NCBI GenBank assembly: GCA_964410015.1
Contig: CAYPFV010000002.1
Span: 1-57,938 of the forward strand
Source: an uncultured Bacteroidales bacterium
GTDB taxonomy: Bacteria > Bacteroidota > Bacteroidia > Bacteroidales > UBA7960
Direction: 5' to 3'
DNA: 57,938 nucleotides
A program made the position numbers and the translations under genes. This document shows positions 55,545-57,938 of this stretch, one piece after another (positions within the stretch are counted from its first letter, which is position 1; each line of letters begins with the position of its first letter). The notes under the pieces are model-generated. The model made no database searches. It saw nothing but the letters and a program-made list of their open reading frames with translations, and had not been told where the DNA came from.

Positions 55545-57647
55545 ATGAAGTTCAGAAGTTTTTTATCGGGTCTGATTGGCATAATGCTTACATCATGGAT
55601 GGCTCAATCGCAGGAGATTCTGACTCCTCAAAAGTTATTTGATTTAAAATCGGTTGCAGAGGTAGCTGTTTCTCCGGAAAAAACACACATTGCCTATACG
55701 GTAATTGTGCCCAGACCCTTTACTGATGAACCCGGCAGCGACTATCGCGAGTTATATGTTTATGACCTGAAAACAAATGAATCGATTCCTTTTATAACAG
55801 GCAATAAAGTTGTAAGAGATCTTGGCTGGACACCCGATGGATCAGCTGTTACTTTTCGTGCTTCTTTTCCTGAAATTCCGGGTGTTCAGGTATATGCAAT
55901 CAGTTTACGCGGAGGGGAATCATATCCGCTTACCCAGCATACTTCAAGCATCAGAGCCTATGCATTTATCGATGAACAAACACTTGCTGTTACCGCTTTG
56001 TCTGACCCAGACCCACTTCAGCACGAAACGCGAAAGAAAGGTTTGGAAATAGAAGTTTATGAAGAAGAATTCAGACACATTAATCTTTACCGCTACAATC
56101 TTAATAACCATAAAACTCAGCAGTTGACAAAAGATGTTACCGTATTTGATTTCAGTTTATCTCCTGATAAAACCACTGCGGCCGCTGCCATTGCTCCACG
56201 CAACCTGGTAGATGACTTTTATATGTTTAAAAGAATACATTTGGTAAACATGGAAACGGGTCAAACAGATTTGCTGCTGGAGAACCCCGGAAAATTGGGA
56301 AAGATGGCATGGAGCCCAGATGGTACCAAATTGGCCTTTCAGTCGGCATCAATGCTGCAGGATGCTGTGTTGGGTAGCCTTTTTATCCTGGATTTAAACA
56401 ACAGGAAATCTTTTTCTGAATTATATAATTATGTGGAAGATATGGAACTTAGCATTACAGACCTTGCCTGGCGCGACAACAAAACTGTTATGTATGCTTC
56501 GCAGGAAGGTGTTGATGTTAGTTTGAGTGAACAGCGACTTGATCGTCCCAGCAGAAACCTTATCATAGAACCCGGAAAAGTGGTATTTAACAAATTTCAT
56601 TTCATTGATGGCCTGGTAGCTTTTGCCGCCAATACTCCCCAGCATCCTTCCGAACTTTTCAAAATTCAACTCGATGAGCAAGGCAACAAAGATTCCATTG
56701 CCGAAACGCAAACAAAAAAAACATCAGCAAAACCTGATGAAATAATGGTTGAACCAGAAAGACTTACCCAACTCAATCCTGATCTGGAAAACATAAAACT
56801 TGCCAATCAAAGAAAGGTAACCTATAAAGCGCGCGATGAAAAAATTATTGAAGGAGTACTGCTTTATCCTTTAAATTATGAGGAAGATAAACAATTTCCA
56901 CTGATCACATATATTCATGGAGGACCAGAAGCAGCAGTAAGCAATGGTTGGTCAACAGGATATAACCGCTGGGGACAGATAGCAGCAGCACGCGACTTTT
57001 TTGTTTTTATGCCCAACTACAGGGCCAGTTCAGGAAGAGGAGTAGACTTTACCATGGCAGGATTTGGTGATCTGGCAGGAGTGGAATATGATGATGTAAT
57101 CGATGGTATTGACCATCTTATTGATACCGGATATGTTGACCGAAACAGGGTAGGCATTGGAGGTGGATCCTACGGAGGATATTTTTCTGCCTGGTCTGCA
57201 ACAAAGCATACCGACAGATTTGCTGCTGCGGTTATGTTTGTAGGTATCTCGAACCAACTAAGCAAAAGAAACACAACTGATATACCATGGGAAGACTATT
57301 ATGTGCACTGGGGATATTGGACCCATGAAAACTGGGAAGATGTTTATGACAGAAGTCCGGTTAAATATGCACCGGAAAGTGAAACTCCATTACTGATTTT
57401 GCATGGAACTGAAGATTCTCGTGTACATCCATCACAGTCGCTCGAAATGTACCGGGCACTCAAACTTCACGGCAATGCACCTGTAAGACTTATTTGGTAC
57501 GAAGGAGAAGGGCACGGGAACACAAAAAATGTACATAAGTTCGATTATCTGGTACGCACCCTCAACTGGTTTGAATATTACCTTCAGTCGGATAATCCAA
57601 AAGATGAAATGCCTGATAAGTACATTGATTACAATCGTTTCAGGTAG
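55545..57647 (+). CDS. S9 family serine peptidase (prolyl oligopeptidase / acylaminoacyl-peptidase type) with an N-terminal beta-propeller
   Basis: Signal peptide from the ATG at 55545 (MKFRSFLSGLIGIMLTSWMAQS); WD40-like propeller repeats; catalytic GGGSYGGY (GxSxGG), LILHGTEDSRV, EGHG. The ORF is open from 55458. Confidence 0.9.
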   Translation: MKFRSFLSGLIGIMLTSWMAQSQEILTPQKLFDLKSVAEVAVSPEKTHIAYTVIVPRPFTDEPGSDYRELYVYDLKTNESIPFITGNKVVRDLGWTPDGSAVTFRASFPEIPGVQVYAISLRGGESYPLTQHTSSIRAYAFIDEQTLAVTALSDPDPLQHETRKKGLEIEVYEEEFRHINLYRYNLNNHKTQQLTKDVTVFDFSLSPDKTTAAAAIAPRNLVDDFYMFKRIHLVNMETGQTDLLLENPGKLGKMAWSPDGTKLAFQSASMLQDAVLGSLFILDLNNRKSFSELYNYVEDMELSITDLAWRDNKTVMYASQEGVDVSLSEQRLDRPSRNLIIEPGKVVFNKFHFIDGLVAFAANTPQHPSELFKIQLDEQGNKDSIAETQTKKTSAKPDEIMVEPERLTQLNPDLENIKLANQRKVTYKARDEKIIEGVLLYPLNYEEDKQFPLITYIHGGPEAAVSNGWSTGYNRWGQIAAARDFFVFMPNYRASSGRGVDFTMAGFGDLAGVEYDDVIDGIDHLIDTGYVDRNRVGIGGGSYGGYFSAWSATKHTDRFAAAVMFVGISNQLSKRNTTDIPWEDYYVHWGYWTHENWEDVYDRSPVKYAPESETPLLILHGTEDSRVHPSQSLEMYRALKLHGNAPVRLIWYEGEGHGNTKNVHKFDYLVRTLNWFEYYLQSDNPKDEMPDKYIDYNRFR

Positions 57648-57800
57648 AATTTTCTATGTAAAAATCTCCCAAAGTTAAATACATGCAGGTTTGAAAGAGA
57701 GTTTACAGAAGTAAACCCCCACAGAAATTTTTTACCCTGAACCTGATTTAAAATGATTGTATAAAACCTTTGTATGTAAAAACAAAAACCTCTTTCTGAT

Positions 57801-57938
57801 ATGAACCGAGCCATGACAATAGTATTGACACACACGCGGATGAATATAATTCGTGGCATAGACAAAAATACAAAACCAGAGTTTTGGCGAGCTCCATCTG
57901 ACCTAATTAATCAAATTATAAACAGATGAACCGAGCCA
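57801..57938 (-). repeat. Intergenic repeat unit, copy E (reverse orientation), running to the window edge
   Basis: ATGAACCGAGCCA occurs at 57801-57813 and again at 57926-57938, an exact 13-nt direct repeat 125 nt apart. The interior aligns in full with copies A and C in reverse complement. Confidence 0.9.

Noticed and set aside
1-57938. Search by eye for tRNA, rRNA, tmRNA, RNase P, CRISPR arrays, integrases, transposases, toxin-antitoxin pairs or known defence genes
   Set aside because: I found no conserved tRNA T-loop or acceptor patterns and no regularly spaced direct repeats. No ORF has recombinase, nuclease, ATPase or defence hallmarks, and gene content is housekeeping or envelope-related. 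Absence by eye is not proof; tRNAscan-SE, Infernal/Rfam and DefenseFinder/PADLOC would be decisive.

Overview
AT-rich chromosomal segment, most likely from a member of the Bacteroidota. Supporting evidence: a SusC/SusD pair, T9SS C-terminal sorting domains on two secreted proteins, a DUF3822-rsmD pair, and an amidase / LptD-like / MlaD neighbourhood. About 38 credible protein genes, mostly housekeeping and envelope functions: parE, coaD, rsmD, ddl, rluD, aroQ, galM, rdgB, dacB, an acyl-CoA carboxyltransferase with a biotin carrier, GH78 rhamnosidase, PhoA-type phosphatase and several peptidases. By eye I found no rRNA, tRNA, CRISPR array, transposase, integrase or recognisable defence genes. 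Ordinary non-coding features: a clear TPP riboswitch (minus strand, about 53036-53112) in front of a TonB-dependent receptor; two LacI-type palindromic operators between a LacI-family regulator and a divergent susC/susD/susE-like locus; several intrinsic terminators. The most unusual feature is an unrecognised repeat unit of about 125 nt, present in at least nine copies, essentially all intergenic. The unit starts with TTCATCTGTTTATAAT and ends with TGTCAATAnTATTGTCATGGCTCGGTTCAT. It includes a CAAAAC-loop-GTTTTG hairpin and a 17-bp near-palindrome. Three copies carry unrelated hairpins inserted at the same internal position. Four copies end 107-156 nt upstream of a same-strand start codon. 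Whether it is a structured RNA, a promoter or operator cassette, or a non-autonomous mobile repeat cannot be decided from sequence alone. All family assignments come from motif recognition by eye; no searches were run.
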